From: Candidatus Bathyarchaeia archaeon
GTDB lineage: Archaea > Thermoproteota > Bathyarchaeia > Bathyarchaeales > Bathycorpusculaceae
Reading direction: 5' to 3'
Length of the DNA: 64,000 nucleotides
Assembly (NCBI GenBank): GCA_038727135.1
Contig: JAVYWL010000003.1
Location: 96,001 to 160,000, forward strand
The stretch's first letter is position 1, and the number at the start of each line of letters is the position of its first letter. Shown in pieces: positions 46,592-57,267 of the stretch. The notes under the pieces were generated by a model that ran no database searches, was not told the origin of the DNA, and saw only the letters and a program-made list of their open reading frames with translations. The position numbers and the translations under genes are program-made.

Positions 46592-47995
46592 ATGAAAAAC
46601 GTGAAAAAAACGATATTAGCTTTGGGTTTGGCTTTCCTACTGGCTGTACCAGCGTTTGCTGTTTTAAGCCCAAGGGTAAGCGCGGACGACTCTGTGGAGA
46701 ATATTCAAAGCTTGCGTTTGGAGCCGCCGTACAACTGGAATAATACGTGGTATAGGTTCAACAGTTCTCTAGTAACGCTGATCTTTCCAGCTAAGGGCAC
46801 GAAGCCCATGTTCTTGTGGTGGTATACCAATGATAGCAGCAATATATATGTGGTGAAGTTTCAAGGCGTCATCGAGTATCTAATGCTTGACAAGCCTTAT
46901 TATAGGCACAGGTTCCACGCAGATAACACCACTATAAATGAGATATTATGGAACAACTACATCGAGCCGAGATTACGTCAGAGATACTATTACGGATACC
47001 GTTGGAGGTATGATATGGCAGTGTCAAGATTTCTTGGGCTTTTAATGGGCTTGCATAGGGCTTATTTGCCTTTCAGTGCTTGCAACTGGACGTTGAGCGG
47101 ACCGGTGTTTGTTGAGGGCAAAGACTATTGGTCCTTCAACTTCACGCTAACCAAAGTTTATGGTCATCGAGGATTGGAGTTTGCAGAGAACAACATTGAG
47201 ATAAGATGCAGATTTTACAACAAGACTGTTACGGAAACCCCAGACCCTGACCCAAAATATTCAAACTATAGCTATACTGTTGCTGCTGGGCAGTTGAAAT
47301 TCGACTTTGTTGTGAAACATTGGGAGTGGAACATAGACAAAATCAACAAGTTCCTGAAAGAATACGGTATTGACAAAGAAATTCCAGAAAGCCAAACAGG
47401 ATTGGCTCTATGGATTAACATGGCTTCTATAACGCTAAGCGATTTGCCATGTGCGGAGGAGGAGGTTCAATACGAGGCACAGAACCGCGTTGAGGCTGAG
47501 GCACGTCTCAGAGTTGAAAGCAAGTCTCGAATGCGAGAGGCAACAATAAACGGGGAATACTACACGGTGGATAAAAATGAGACGAGCCAGGATGAAAAGC
47601 CTGTACAGGCTACTCTGCAACTTAGGGAGAGGTTTAGGGAACGCATTAGGCTTCACTTTGCAGTTGGAAGGACTGATGTGCCTGTGGGCTTCTTGGAGTT
47701 TGTTCCATGGGCCAGGCTTCTATATCCAAACGGCACAACCTATGACTACGTGAATGTTACCGCTTCCTACATTGCTGCTGGCGGTCACCTAAGGCTTTTC
47801 ATTTGCTACCCATACTTTGGCAACTACACACTGGAGCATGACCCAACAATCGGCTTGACATCAGCTCCACTAATTCCTGAGCTCATAAACCAGAAACTTC
47901 TACTGGTTTTGATAGGCGCCACCGCAGTCATAGTCCTTGTTGTTGCTGCTGTAAAGGTTCAGAAGAGGCCCATCAACATCTTAGCTGTTAAATGA
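46592..47995 (+). CDS. Secreted, C-terminally anchored hypothetical (glyco)protein
   Basis: Signal peptide, many NxS/T sequons, LEHDPTIG, C-terminal TM. Confidence 0.75.
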   Translation: MKNVKKTILALGLAFLLAVPAFAVLSPRVSADDSVENIQSLRLEPPYNWNNTWYRFNSSLVTLIFPAKGTKPMFLWWYTNDSSNIYVVKFQGVIEYLMLDKPYYRHRFHADNTTINEILWNNYIEPRLRQRYYYGYRWRYDMAVSRFLGLLMGLHRAYLPFSACNWTLSGPVFVEGKDYWSFNFTLTKVYGHRGLEFAENNIEIRCRFYNKTVTETPDPDPKYSNYSYTVAAGQLKFDFVVKHWEWNIDKINKFLKEYGIDKEIPESQTGLALWINMASITLSDLPCAEEEVQYEAQNRVEAEARLRVESKSRMREATINGEYYTVDKNETSQDEKPVQATLQLRERFRERIRLHFAVGRTDVPVGFLEFVPWARLLYPNGTTYDYVNVTASYIAAGGHLRLFICYPYFGNYTLEHDPTIGLTSAPLIPELINQKLLLVLIGATAVIVLVVAAVKVQKRPINILAVK

Positions 47996-48082
47996 GCACC
48001 CCCTCTTTTCTTTCTTTTGCTGATATGTTGGTTTTGGGAGTAAAAGTTTATATTGCGTATTGTTACTTAATATTTGATTCAC

Positions 48083-48220
48083 ATGAGCTGCAAACGAGAA
48101 AACGACGAAATCCGCTGGCAAGTCATAAAGGCAATGCTGGACGAGTTTCCAACATTAAGAGAAAAAGTTAAAGCCTACATTGAAAAGCAGAAACAGAAAG
48201 AAAAGCCTCAGAACTTTTAG
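48083..48220 (+). CDS. 45-aa hypothetical protein (not in the ORF track)
   Basis: MSCKRENDEIRWQVIKAMLDEFPTLREKVKAYIEKQKQKEKPQNF; AAAAGTTTATA about 30 nt upstream. Confidence 0.5.
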   Translation: MSCKRENDEIRWQVIKAMLDEFPTLREKVKAYIEKQKQKEKPQNF

Positions 48221-48567
48221 ATGTGGTTTCTTTTTAATAGATGAGGCGGCGGAACCTTAACATTGTTTTTGCCATTCTCGTTCTCTGACTTGAGAAGCCC
48301 TGTCAACTCGCGGTAGCGCTGAAGAAAATCTAAGCCTTTAGACGTCGCCTTATAAATCTCCTTATCCTTCTCGACGATCCTGTCAATAAGGTTAACTTTT
48401 AACATAAATTCTAAATAGTCGTTAAGCTGTGTGAAGCTCAGGTTAGCCCTATACATAATCTGAGTTTTTAAAACACCATCCTTAGCTATGTCCAGAATTT
48501 CAGCAATTATGTATAGCTTATCTCTTCTCTTCTGGGATGGGTTGGCTCCCCAAACATTCATTTCCAC
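48217..48567 (-). CDS. Archaeal winged-helix regulator
   Basis: RRDKLYIIAEIL...KTQIMYRANLS...YL...TSKG. Confidence 0.8.
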   Translation of the reverse strand: MEMNVWGANPSQKRRDKLYIIAEILDIAKDGVLKTQIMYRANLSFTQLNDYLEFMLKVNLIDRIVEKDKEIYKATSKGLDFLQRYRELTGLLKSENENGKNNVKVPPPHLLKRNHI

Positions 48568-48733
48568 AATATTCCTCTTTCACAAGCCTTCTGCATGAAA
48601 AAGGGCTAATGCATTTTTTAAGCGGTGTTTCCCAAAAGCCACTATTACAATTATCGAAATATTCTCTAGAACAAACTTCTATAAGAAAAAACTTTAATCT
48701 TAAACTGGAAAACATTGCCTTCTAAGGAGGTAG

Positions 48734-49240
48734 ATGAAAATGTTGATCGGGTTAATGGCTGACACGCATGATAACTTGCCCATGGTGGAAAAAGCCGTAA
48801 AAAGGCTCAATAAAGAAAAAGTTGAAGTTGCGCTTCATGCTGGAGATTATGTTGCGCCATTCGTTATACCAAAGTTTAGGGATTTAAAGGCTAAGCTGAT
48901 AGGGGTTTTTGGCAACAATGACGGAGACCGAGAACTATTGAAGAAGAGGTTTAGCGAAAATGAGAAGCTGGAAATTAGGGGGAACTTCGCGGAAATAACC
49001 ATCGGAAAGGCAAAAATCGCGCTACTGCACGGAAGTGAAGAGGAACTTTTAAGGGCTATAATTAACAGCGGAAACTTTGACGTGGTTGTCCACGGACACA
49101 CTCATAAGGCTGAAACCTACAAGAAAGGCAAAACATTGGTGGTGAATCCGGGCGAGGTTTGCGGTTATCTAACGGGAAAGTCGACTATTGCGCTGCTTAA
49201 TGCAGAAAAACTTGAGGCAAAAATAATAGACTTAGTGTAA
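48734..49240 (+). CDS. YfcE/MJ0936-family metallophosphoesterase
   Basis: DTHDN, HAGD, GNND, HGHTH, NPG. Confidence 0.88.
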   Translation: MKMLIGLMADTHDNLPMVEKAVKRLNKEKVEVALHAGDYVAPFVIPKFRDLKAKLIGVFGNNDGDRELLKKRFSENEKLEIRGNFAEITIGKAKIALLHGSEEELLRAIINSGNFDVVVHGHTHKAETYKKGKTLVVNPGEVCGYLTGKSTIALLNAEKLEAKIIDLV

Positions 49241-49258
49241 ACAGGCTAGCGGACTGTT

Positions 49259-50191
49259 TCAGTTTTGGTTGGAATTGTATGGCTGCCTTCTCTGATTGGC
49301 TATTTTAAAAAATTCAACGAGTTCTTCGTCTGTTGCTCCGTTTCGCATGGGCGTTAAGATGTCCACCGTGTTGTCGTCTCTCATTAGACACGGCTTGAGT
49401 TTCCCGTCGCTTGTTACGCGTAAGCGTGTGCAATGCCAACAAAAATCGGTATTTTCTATTGGATGGACAACCTCAACTTTTACGTCTGGCAAATGGTATA
49501 TGCGGCGGTTTTGCATGTATTTTCTGGCTTCGATTTTTATGGCTTTCTGCCTTAGCATTTCTTCATACTCGTCCAGAGGTTTGTGATAGGCAGCATAGTA
49601 TTCGTTACTTATGTTTATTGGCTCAAGCTCAATGAGTTGTAGAACTGCACCTACTTCTCTCGCAAAATTAATCATTTCCGGCACTTGAGAATCATTAACT
49701 CCCCTTAAAACGAGCATGTTTAGCTTTACCGGGTTAAGTCCAGCCTCAACGGCCGCCTTAACACCATTTAAGACGTCTTCCAACTCGCCGCCGGTGAGTT
49801 TGCAGTATGTTTCGCTGTCTATTGTTGGCAAGTTTATGTTTACACGTCTTAAACCATTCGCCTTAAGCTCTTTTGCTAATGGCTCAAGCAGTGTCCCATT
49901 AGTTGTCATTGAAAGCTCCTCCAAGCCATGTACGGAAGCTAAGCCCCTAACTATTTGCAGTATATCCTTGCGAAGCAACGGTTCTCCACCAGTGAGCTTG
50001 ATTTTTGATACGCCTAGGCTGACGGCTGTTTTTGAGATGCGCACAATTTCTTCAGCCGTCATCTCTGTTGTGTTTTCGGCTGTTTTGTCTTCACCTTCAG
50101 CGTGACAGAAACTGCAGTGTAAATTACATGGTTTTGTGAGGGCTATTCTTAGGTTCAAGAGCGGACGTCCGTAGTTGTCGACCAGCACCAT
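49259..50191 (-). CDS. moaA: GTP 3',8-cyclase
   Basis: CNLHCSFCH, TGGEP, FCWHCTRLRVTSDGKLKPCL. Confidence 0.93.
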   Translation of the reverse strand: MVLVDNYGRPLLNLRIALTKPCNLHCSFCHAEGEDKTAENTTEMTAEEIVRISKTAVSLGVSKIKLTGGEPLLRKDILQIVRGLASVHGLEELSMTTNGTLLEPLAKELKANGLRRVNINLPTIDSETYCKLTGGELEDVLNGVKAAVEAGLNPVKLNMLVLRGVNDSQVPEMINFAREVGAVLQLIELEPINISNEYYAAYHKPLDEYEEMLRQKAIKIEARKYMQNRRIYHLPDVKVEVVHPIENTDFCWHCTRLRVTSDGKLKPCLMRDDNTVDILTPMRNGATDEELVEFFKIANQRRQPYNSNQN

Positions 50192-50193
50192 CG

Positions 50194-50727
50194 TTATTCC
50201 CGCGCATGCTTAACGATGTGTGCAGCTTCCGGCAATATAAGCTTTTCAAGACAAAGCCTAACAGCGTCCGTAGATCCTGGAATGCAAAAGAAAACCTTGC
50301 CTTTCGCAACGCCGGCGGCAGCCCTTGACAAGATTGCAGCTGAGCCAATTTCATTATAGCTTAAAAATCTGAAGATTTCGCCGAATCCGGGCAAGGTTTT
50401 CTCGAAGAATGGTGAAACTGTTTCGATGGTTACATCGGAGGGCGCTATACCAGTTCCGCCACAAAAAATAACGGCGTCCACATCCGAGTTTAGGGTGTGC
50501 TCCACGCCATCTTCAATGAACACCTTATCGTCGGGTATAAGCCTTCGAAACGAAACTGTGTGTCCAGCACGCTTAACCAGCCTTTCAATCAGGTCGCCAG
50601 ATTCATCGCTAACTTTCTCGCCTTTCTTTAGCTGGTTGTAGCGGGATGTGCTGACAACAAAAATTCCAAAACTAAGCTTTTTCGGAGCTTCAGCCCTATG
50701 CCTACGTGTGCTTTCACTCATGTTCAA
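50194..50727 (-). CDS. moaB: Molybdopterin adenylyltransferase, MoaB/Mog family
   Basis: DESG, GGTGIAPSDVT, LPGFGE, SRA, PGS. Confidence 0.88.
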   Translation of the reverse strand: MNMSESTRRHRAEAPKKLSFGIFVVSTSRYNQLKKGEKVSDESGDLIERLVKRAGHTVSFRRLIPDDKVFIEDGVEHTLNSDVDAVIFCGGTGIAPSDVTIETVSPFFEKTLPGFGEIFRFLSYNEIGSAAILSRAAAGVAKGKVFFCIPGSTDAVRLCLEKLILPEAAHIVKHARE

Positions 50728-50730
50728 ATC

Positions 50731-52422
50731 TTACCCTTCCAAAGCCCTTAAGCGTTGGATTCTTTTTCGAATCGCCTTTATAGTTTTCTTCCGGGTTAGG
50801 CAAACGCTAATGGTGCCAACTATTAAAACACTTATTATCATGGAAGGTTGGAGTTCTGGAATTAGGTTTGGTGAAACCCGAATCAAAGCAAGAAGAGCCA
50901 CTTTTATGTGGTTTTCAAGGTCGTCTGGCTCCACCCAGTTTAGGGTTTCCGTTGAAGTTGAATTGTCATAGGATGTGTGAATCCACCCAGCAACGTCTCT
51001 GTTCCATAAATCACTGTACAAAAGCGGATAAGAACAAAGCATAGCGCTTGACATCACCGGTACAGCATCTGAAATACCTAAGTCAATACTCCAAGAGCGT
51101 TGAATTTCGTTGTTGACACTTGATGGGATGCGAAATGATTCTTGGTCTGAACCGCCAACACTTTCAAGCTCAATGCTTACGCTTAAGTCTTGAGCTGCTT
51201 CAATTATTTTCTGTGCGAGTTGACTGCTAGGAGTTTCCGTGACATGTAAATCGTCGCTTCCAATACAATCAAGGTTTATTACAGCCTTGATGCTAGCCAT
51301 TTCACTTTTATGTTCCTTAATAAAATGCGCTGAACCAACAAGATCAAGCTCCTCACCGGCAAAAGCCACAAACAGAATCGTGTAGGCTGGCTGATAATAT
51401 CCTTCTTGTATTGCTTGACTAATAACTTTGACAAGCTCTATTACACCAGCCACACCCGCGCCATTATCACAGAAGCCACAGCACATAACAGTGTCGTAAT
51501 GAGCCGAAACTATGACGATTTTTTGAGGGTCACTCATGCCTTCAATTTTTCCAACAACATTGTAGTGGATGCCGTTTTGGCTTATGCGCGCCTTAATCTT
51601 CACGAAGGCGGATAAGCATGAGTCAGCCTCTTCTTTCTGCCTAATCATCGTGCCATCAGCATAATTTACAAAGCCAACTGGGATTTGGAGATTCCAGAAG
51701 TATGTGCCACGTCCGCTTAATGGTAGGCCTCCAGCCGAGGAATGCATAGGTGGAGTGAAGTTCATCCAATCATACCACCATGTAAAAATAACCGCTGCCG
51801 GACGCTGTTCCGTCAATTTTTCTTTGAACTTCTGTTCCCACAAGGAGTTCCAACGAATCTCTCTGCCAGTCAAAACGATTTTATCAGTCGTGTTTATAGT
51901 ATTCCATAATGTTGTTGGATCTATACTGCTCGAGTGCGCTTCATTGTAGTTTGCTGCTGGTGGCAGGGGAAGAACTACAAGGTCTTCGAAGGAGCCCAGC
52001 CACAATGGTTGACTGTAATGTTCACATTGAAAAGAGTTAATAATAATGCTGTCATTCACGGTCCCAGGATCCCCGTCTTCGTCTATAACCAACAATGGTT
52101 TAGCCTCTAAAGTCCAATTTACAAAGGTGAATGGTTCAAGCCAAGCGTTTAAACCAAAACTTTCAAACTGTTCTTTAATCCAAATGGCCGCCTCGTAAGC
52201 GCCGCTGGAACCAGACGAGCGGAAATCCGGATAAGCCAAGGAAATCTCTTCTAACGCCAAGTCATAACCATAAGCGCGTGTGCCATTCACAAGTTCGATG
52301 ATTTGAGTTTCTACGGGGCTTAAAGAGTTTTGAAAGCAAAAGGCATGTTTGCCATCGTATCGTGGAGCAAGCAAAGCTATAATTAAAAACAGCGAAGGGA
52401 AAATGAGAATTCGTTTAGCCAT
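50731..52422 (-). CDS. Membrane-anchored M28 metallopeptidase
   Basis: SAHYD, DNGAG, GEE, NLD, IHT; N- and C-terminal hydrophobic segments. Confidence 0.85.
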   Translation of the reverse strand: MAKRILIFPSLFLIIALLAPRYDGKHAFCFQNSLSPVETQIIELVNGTRAYGYDLALEEISLAYPDFRSSGSSGAYEAAIWIKEQFESFGLNAWLEPFTFVNWTLEAKPLLVIDEDGDPGTVNDSIIINSFQCEHYSQPLWLGSFEDLVVLPLPPAANYNEAHSSSIDPTTLWNTINTTDKIVLTGREIRWNSLWEQKFKEKLTEQRPAAVIFTWWYDWMNFTPPMHSSAGGLPLSGRGTYFWNLQIPVGFVNYADGTMIRQKEEADSCLSAFVKIKARISQNGIHYNVVGKIEGMSDPQKIVIVSAHYDTVMCCGFCDNGAGVAGVIELVKVISQAIQEGYYQPAYTILFVAFAGEELDLVGSAHFIKEHKSEMASIKAVINLDCIGSDDLHVTETPSSQLAQKIIEAAQDLSVSIELESVGGSDQESFRIPSSVNNEIQRSWSIDLGISDAVPVMSSAMLCSYPLLYSDLWNRDVAGWIHTSYDNSTSTETLNWVEPDDLENHIKVALLALIRVSPNLIPELQPSMIISVLIVGTISVCLTRKKTIKAIRKRIQRLRALEG

Positions 52423-52489
52423 TAATGCATTCCACAGTTATTTTGGATATGCTAAGTCAAAATAAGGTTTGTTGAAAAGCGCATGATTT

Positions 52490-52933
52490 TCACTTCTTAA
52501 TTTTCTCAACAACGCGGATTTCTTCAATAACTGTTGATGGATACTGACCCCTTTCGTCCTTTTCATACTGTTTTACCATATCCCAAATTGTTAGGAGACT
52601 TATGGCCGTCGCCACCAGAGCTTCCATTTCAACGCCTGTTTGGGCTTCGGTTTTCACGGTAGAAGAAACCTCAACTACTGATTCGTCTAGGATTTTTATG
52701 TCCACTTTTACGTTTGTTAGGGGTAGCGGGTGGCAGAAGGGTATTAGGATGCTCGTCTCCTTTGCCGCTAGTGTTCCGGCAATTTTAGCCGTGTAAATTG
52801 GGTCGCCTTTTTCGACTTTTCCATTTTTTATCAATTTTATGGTTTCTGGTTTTAGCCTAATTCTTCCGGTAGCTGTTGCTTCACGGTAAACTTTCGGCTT
52901 TCCGGTTATGTCAACCATCGCCACACAAATCAC
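52490..52933 (-). CDS. moaC: Cyclic pyranopterin monophosphate synthase
   Basis: MVDI, IPFCHP, TGVEMEAL, IWDMVK. Confidence 0.93.
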   Translation of the reverse strand: MICVAMVDITGKPKVYREATATGRIRLKPETIKLIKNGKVEKGDPIYTAKIAGTLAAKETSILIPFCHPLPLTNVKVDIKILDESVVEVSSTVKTEAQTGVEMEALVATAISLLTIWDMVKQYEKDERGQYPSTVIEEIRVVEKIKK

Positions 52934-52968
52934 AGCTCCATTCAGAGTTTAGAAAGCCAGCTCATTAT

Positions 52969-53262
52969 TTAATGGTTCTGAAAAGCCTTGTCGATCTTTT
53001 CGGTTTTCTCCCAACTTTCGATTAGGTCTTGTATAGCCCTAGCCTTTGCAGAGTTTATGTCAAAGCGGTATAAGCGAATTCTTCCAAACCTTTTATGTTG
53101 GAGAATACCCTCTTCTTCAAGGATTTTCAAGTGTTCCATTGTTGTCTTGTGATTTGCGCCTATTCTTCTGGCAATTTCCGAAACATTCAGCTCTCCCATC
53201 TGGTTTAAGGTTTTTAGAATTTTTAAGCGGAGCCTGTTTCCAAGAACTTCTTCTATTTGCAT
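52969..53262 (-). CDS. ArsR-like winged-helix protein
   Basis: LNVSEIARRIG...HLKILEEEGIL...FGRIRLY. Confidence 0.8.
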   Translation of the reverse strand: MQIEEVLGNRLRLKILKTLNQMGELNVSEIARRIGANHKTTMEHLKILEEEGILQHKRFGRIRLYRFDINSAKARAIQDLIESWEKTEKIDKAFQNH

Positions 53263-53291
53263 GTCGCGTGAAAGTTTGGCGACATCCCTAT

Positions 53292-53666
53292 TTAAGTTTG
53301 GTCTTGATACATGTTGTCCACGACTTTAATCCATCTTGTTGCCAGTATTTGGTCGAAGTCTTCGCTTTTCGGGTCTAGGTCTGAAGCCACTAGATGCCAG
53401 TGGTCGTTTATTGTGGCGAAGGTGCTATCCAAAATCACGAATTTTGGCGTGTACTTGAAAACTTCCCGCCCTATCTGAGATATTATGTTTAGGGCTCGTT
53501 CATAAGCCTTGTACGGTATGGTGTGCTGGTGCCGCTTATAAATTATCATAATTCTCTCCCTGTGCCCCTTAAGATTCTTGGTTCGCAGAACAATGAAGGA
53601 GTCATCCTCGTAGAAGACTTTCTCTTTTTTGAGGTCTAGCTCGCATAGGGGGCAATTTGCCGGCAT
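53292..53666 (-). CDS. Hypothetical HIT-like fold protein
   Basis: CPLC...FYEDD...HWHL. Confidence 0.55.
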   Translation of the reverse strand: MPANCPLCELDLKKEKVFYEDDSFIVLRTKNLKGHRERIMIIYKRHQHTIPYKAYERALNIISQIGREVFKYTPKFVILDSTFATINDHWHLVASDLDPKSEDFDQILATRWIKVVDNMYQDQT

Positions 53667-53726
53667 CGCACATACCGCCTAGCATCAAGTAATAAGATGC
53701 GTGAAGAGGCATATGTATTTATTGCA

Positions 53727-54920
53727 TCACTTGCCCTCAATTTCCCTTCCCAAAAGAGTGGTTAGCTCCCTCTCCAGTTCTTGCGCTGGAATCCCCGGTA
53801 GACATATAAATGTGGTTCTACCTCGCTGACCAGCGGATGAGACGCTTTTCCTAATTATGCCTATGGCTGAAAGCATTTGCAAGTACTTCCACAATTGCGT
53901 GTGGGTATGGGGTTGCACATCAAATTCTTCGCATACAACGGCGTATGCCCGCTCCACTTCTGTTAGGGAGGCATAAGCCCTATCACAGTTTTCTTTAAAG
54001 AAACGCGCTACGCCCAGCAGAAAGAGCTTCTCGTGTAGGCTTAATGCGGCAAGGTCGCTTTTCTTCGCAACCGCGTATATGCTTGAAACAGCCTTTCTGA
54101 CACATTCTGGCGTCACTGTGCCTAAATCTTCAGCGTCAGCATATTTCCCAGCCCTCCATAAGAGCTCTATGGCGAAGCGGGCGTTTCCACCTTCCGAGTA
54201 GGCAAGTTCAGCGATGAGATTTACCGTTTCTTCTTGAACAGTTAGGGGTTTGAAGGCAATTTGAACTCTGTCGTTTATAATGTCTATAAGTTGTTCTCGG
54301 CTGTAGGGTTCAAGGTGTATTATGTTGGACTGCAACGTGCTTCTGGTGCTGGGGTCAAGCTCCTCAATAGCTCTTAGGCTTTTCAATATGCATATGAGGG
54401 AAACTCTCTGTGGCTTGTCAATTCTTGCCTCTTGCAGCCGCGTGAGCTTGTAAACTGGTTCGGCTCCTTCCCTCTCAATTAGGCTCTCAAACTCATCTAG
54501 CGTTAGGATAGCATAGGCGTTCTGTTCATCCAAGACTTGTAAGAAAATATTGAGGAGCTCCTCTGCTGAAAAACCGCGTTTTGGGAATGTTGGGTGGAAA
54601 AATGAAACTGCATGGTGAAGTATGAGGAATAGGCTTCCGCGGTACTGGCGGCAGTTCACATGAATATAATTGAGGTTTATTCCCTTCTGCTTGGCTTGCT
54701 GGGTTAAGTCTGCCCCAAATCTTTGGGAAAGGGCTGTTTTTCCTGTTCCAACATCCCCCACTATTAGGACTCTTTGAGCCATTTTCCCAGGAGCAGACAG
54801 CGCAAAGCTGAAAAATTCCGCGAGGAGTCGCATTTCTGCCTCCCTGTGGGGGAGTCTGCTTGGAACATAGTTTATGTCAAGCTTCGCCTCGTCCTTGAAT
54901 ACACTTCTGTAGGTTGGCAA
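53727..54920 (-). CDS. cdc6: Orc1/Cdc6 replication initiator
   Basis: YVPSRLPHRE, GDVGTGKT, LDEFE, GNARFAI, C-terminal wH GQRGRT. Confidence 0.92.
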   Translation of the reverse strand: MPTYRSVFKDEAKLDINYVPSRLPHREAEMRLLAEFFSFALSAPGKMAQRVLIVGDVGTGKTALSQRFGADLTQQAKQKGINLNYIHVNCRQYRGSLFLILHHAVSFFHPTFPKRGFSAEELLNIFLQVLDEQNAYAILTLDEFESLIEREGAEPVYKLTRLQEARIDKPQRVSLICILKSLRAIEELDPSTRSTLQSNIIHLEPYSREQLIDIINDRVQIAFKPLTVQEETVNLIAELAYSEGGNARFAIELLWRAGKYADAEDLGTVTPECVRKAVSSIYAVAKKSDLAALSLHEKLFLLGVARFFKENCDRAYASLTEVERAYAVVCEEFDVQPHTHTQLWKYLQMLSAIGIIRKSVSSAGQRGRTTFICLPGIPAQELERELTTLLGREIEGK

Positions 54921-55043
54921 CCCTCAAAACCTAGTAAGAGATACGCTTAAACCTCTGTTATGTTTTTCTCTTCAAATTTGCGTTCGGCTTTTTGAAACAC
55001 AAAACTTTTAAGCTGATTCTCGTATTTTACAGCGAAAAGCAAG

Positions 55044-55604
55044 ATGATTCCAAAATACTTCTTTCTAACAAAGGGTGTCGGAAAACACAAAGAGCAACTT
55101 CAATCCTTCGAGTTGGCACTGCGGAACGCGGGCATTCAGCACTGCAACATAGTTAACGTTTCAAGCATAATACCACCCGGCTGCAAGCTCATCCCAAAAG
55201 AGAAAGGACTGAAAATGCTTAGACCAGGCGAAATAACCTTCGTCGTTTTAGCTAGAAACCAGACAAACGAGCCACATAGGCTTATCGCCGCTTCAATAGG
55301 TGTGGCAATTCCATCCGGCAAGAATAATTATGGCTATCTGTCGGAGCACCACTCCTTTGGGCAGACAGACGAAGTGGCAGGGGACTATGCTGAGGATTTG
55401 GCTGCGACGATGTTGGCAACAACTATGGGAATTCCCTTCGACCCTCAGACGGCTTGGGATGAGCGGAAACAACAGTTCAGGGCAAGCGGACTCATCATCA
55501 AAACCACCAATATAACGCAGTCGGCTACAGGCGACAAGAACGGCTTATGGACAACGGTTATCGCTGCGGCTGTCTTCGTTCCTGGAAAAAGAACTAGCGT
55601 CTAA
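55044..55604 (+). CDS. pdaD: Pyruvoyl-dependent arginine decarboxylase
   Basis: [29 protein letters not shown]. Confidence 0.9.
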   Translation: MIPKYFFLTKGVGKHKEQLQSFELALRNAGIQHCNIVNVSSIIPPGCKLIPKEKGLKMLRPGEITFVVLARNQTNEPHRLIAASIGVAIPSGKNNYGYLSEHHSFGQTDEVAGDYAEDLAATMLATTMGIPFDPQTAWDERKQQFRASGLIIKTTNITQSATGDKNGLWTTVIAAAVFVPGKRTSV

Positions 55605-55682
55605 ACCTCGCCCTTTTTCTATGCCTTTCATCTAAAAGGATATTAGGCTATTGTATCTAAAACCAGCATTGTTGGTGAATAG

Positions 55683-56372
<690 letters not shown>

Positions 56373-56384
56373 GAGACCAGCCCC

Positions 56385-57266
56385 TTGAAGGTTGAAGCCG
56401 AATGCGCAGCGTGCATAATCAGCAGAGGGGCAGCTGAAATCAAGGAGGCGACGACTAATCCAGCCCTGCGGTTTAGAGCCATGATGGAGCTTCTCCATAT
56501 GCTAAGCAAGGAGTTTAAGCCCTCTGCTGTCCCAGCCGACTTGGGAACGAAAAGAGATCGCCTAATAAAAAGGGTTACCGGAAACAACGACCCATATAAA
56601 AGGAGTAAGCGGCTATGCAACGAAAGTGCCTTGAAGCTTTTGCCATACGCCAGGAAGCTTGTGGAGGAGGGTTACACGCTGCAGGATAGGTTTAAGAGGG
56701 CTTGCCTCTGCGCCATGGTTGGCAACACCATGGAGTTTGACATTCCTGGGCACAAGTTCACATTTAGGGGTTTACGGAAAAGCCTAAGAGATGCTGGAAA
56801 AGACTTGGTTATCGACGATATTGGCAAAATCTACGAAGCAGCAAAAAATTCCGGTACTGTTCTTTATTTGACGGATAATGCCGGAGAAATAGTTTTCGAC
56901 ACGCTGGTTGTTGAACAGCTTAAAAACATGGGATTAACGGTCATTGTAGCTGTTAAGGGCGGACCAGTCATAAACGATGCAACCATTGAGGATGCCGAAA
57001 TCTCTGGCATGACTAAAATTGCGGATAAGGTTATAACAACCGGGACGGATGCTGTTGGCTTAGCTCCAAAAGAAGTTTCAGCTGAATTCCTAAAAGTTTA
57101 CGAATCGGTGGACATGGTTTTCGCTAAGGGCATGGGTTATGCCGAAACCTTGACGGAGTACGAGCTGAAAAAGCCGCATGCTTTACTTTTTAGGGCTAAG
57201 TGTGAACCTGTAGCAAACTTTTTTGCCGTGCCAAGAGAGAAGAATGTTGCGAAGTTGATGCCGTAA
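56385..57266 (+). CDS. DUF89/ARMT1-like metal-dependent phosphatase
   Basis: ECAAC, DNAGEIVFD, INDAT, AKGMG, AKC. Confidence 0.85.
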   Translation: MKVEAECAACIISRGAAEIKEATTNPALRFRAMMELLHMLSKEFKPSAVPADLGTKRDRLIKRVTGNNDPYKRSKRLCNESALKLLPYARKLVEEGYTLQDRFKRACLCAMVGNTMEFDIPGHKFTFRGLRKSLRDAGKDLVIDDIGKIYEAAKNSGTVLYLTDNAGEIVFDTLVVEQLKNMGLTVIVAVKGGPVINDATIEDAEISGMTKIADKVITTGTDAVGLAPKEVSAEFLKVYESVDMVFAKGMGYAETLTEYELKKPHALLFRAKCEPVANFFAVPREKNVAKLMP

Positions 57267-57267
57267 A

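Noticed and set aside
54921-55043. Replication origin next to cdc6
   Set aside because: The intergenic region is short and shows no ORB repeats or long AT-rich unwinding element.
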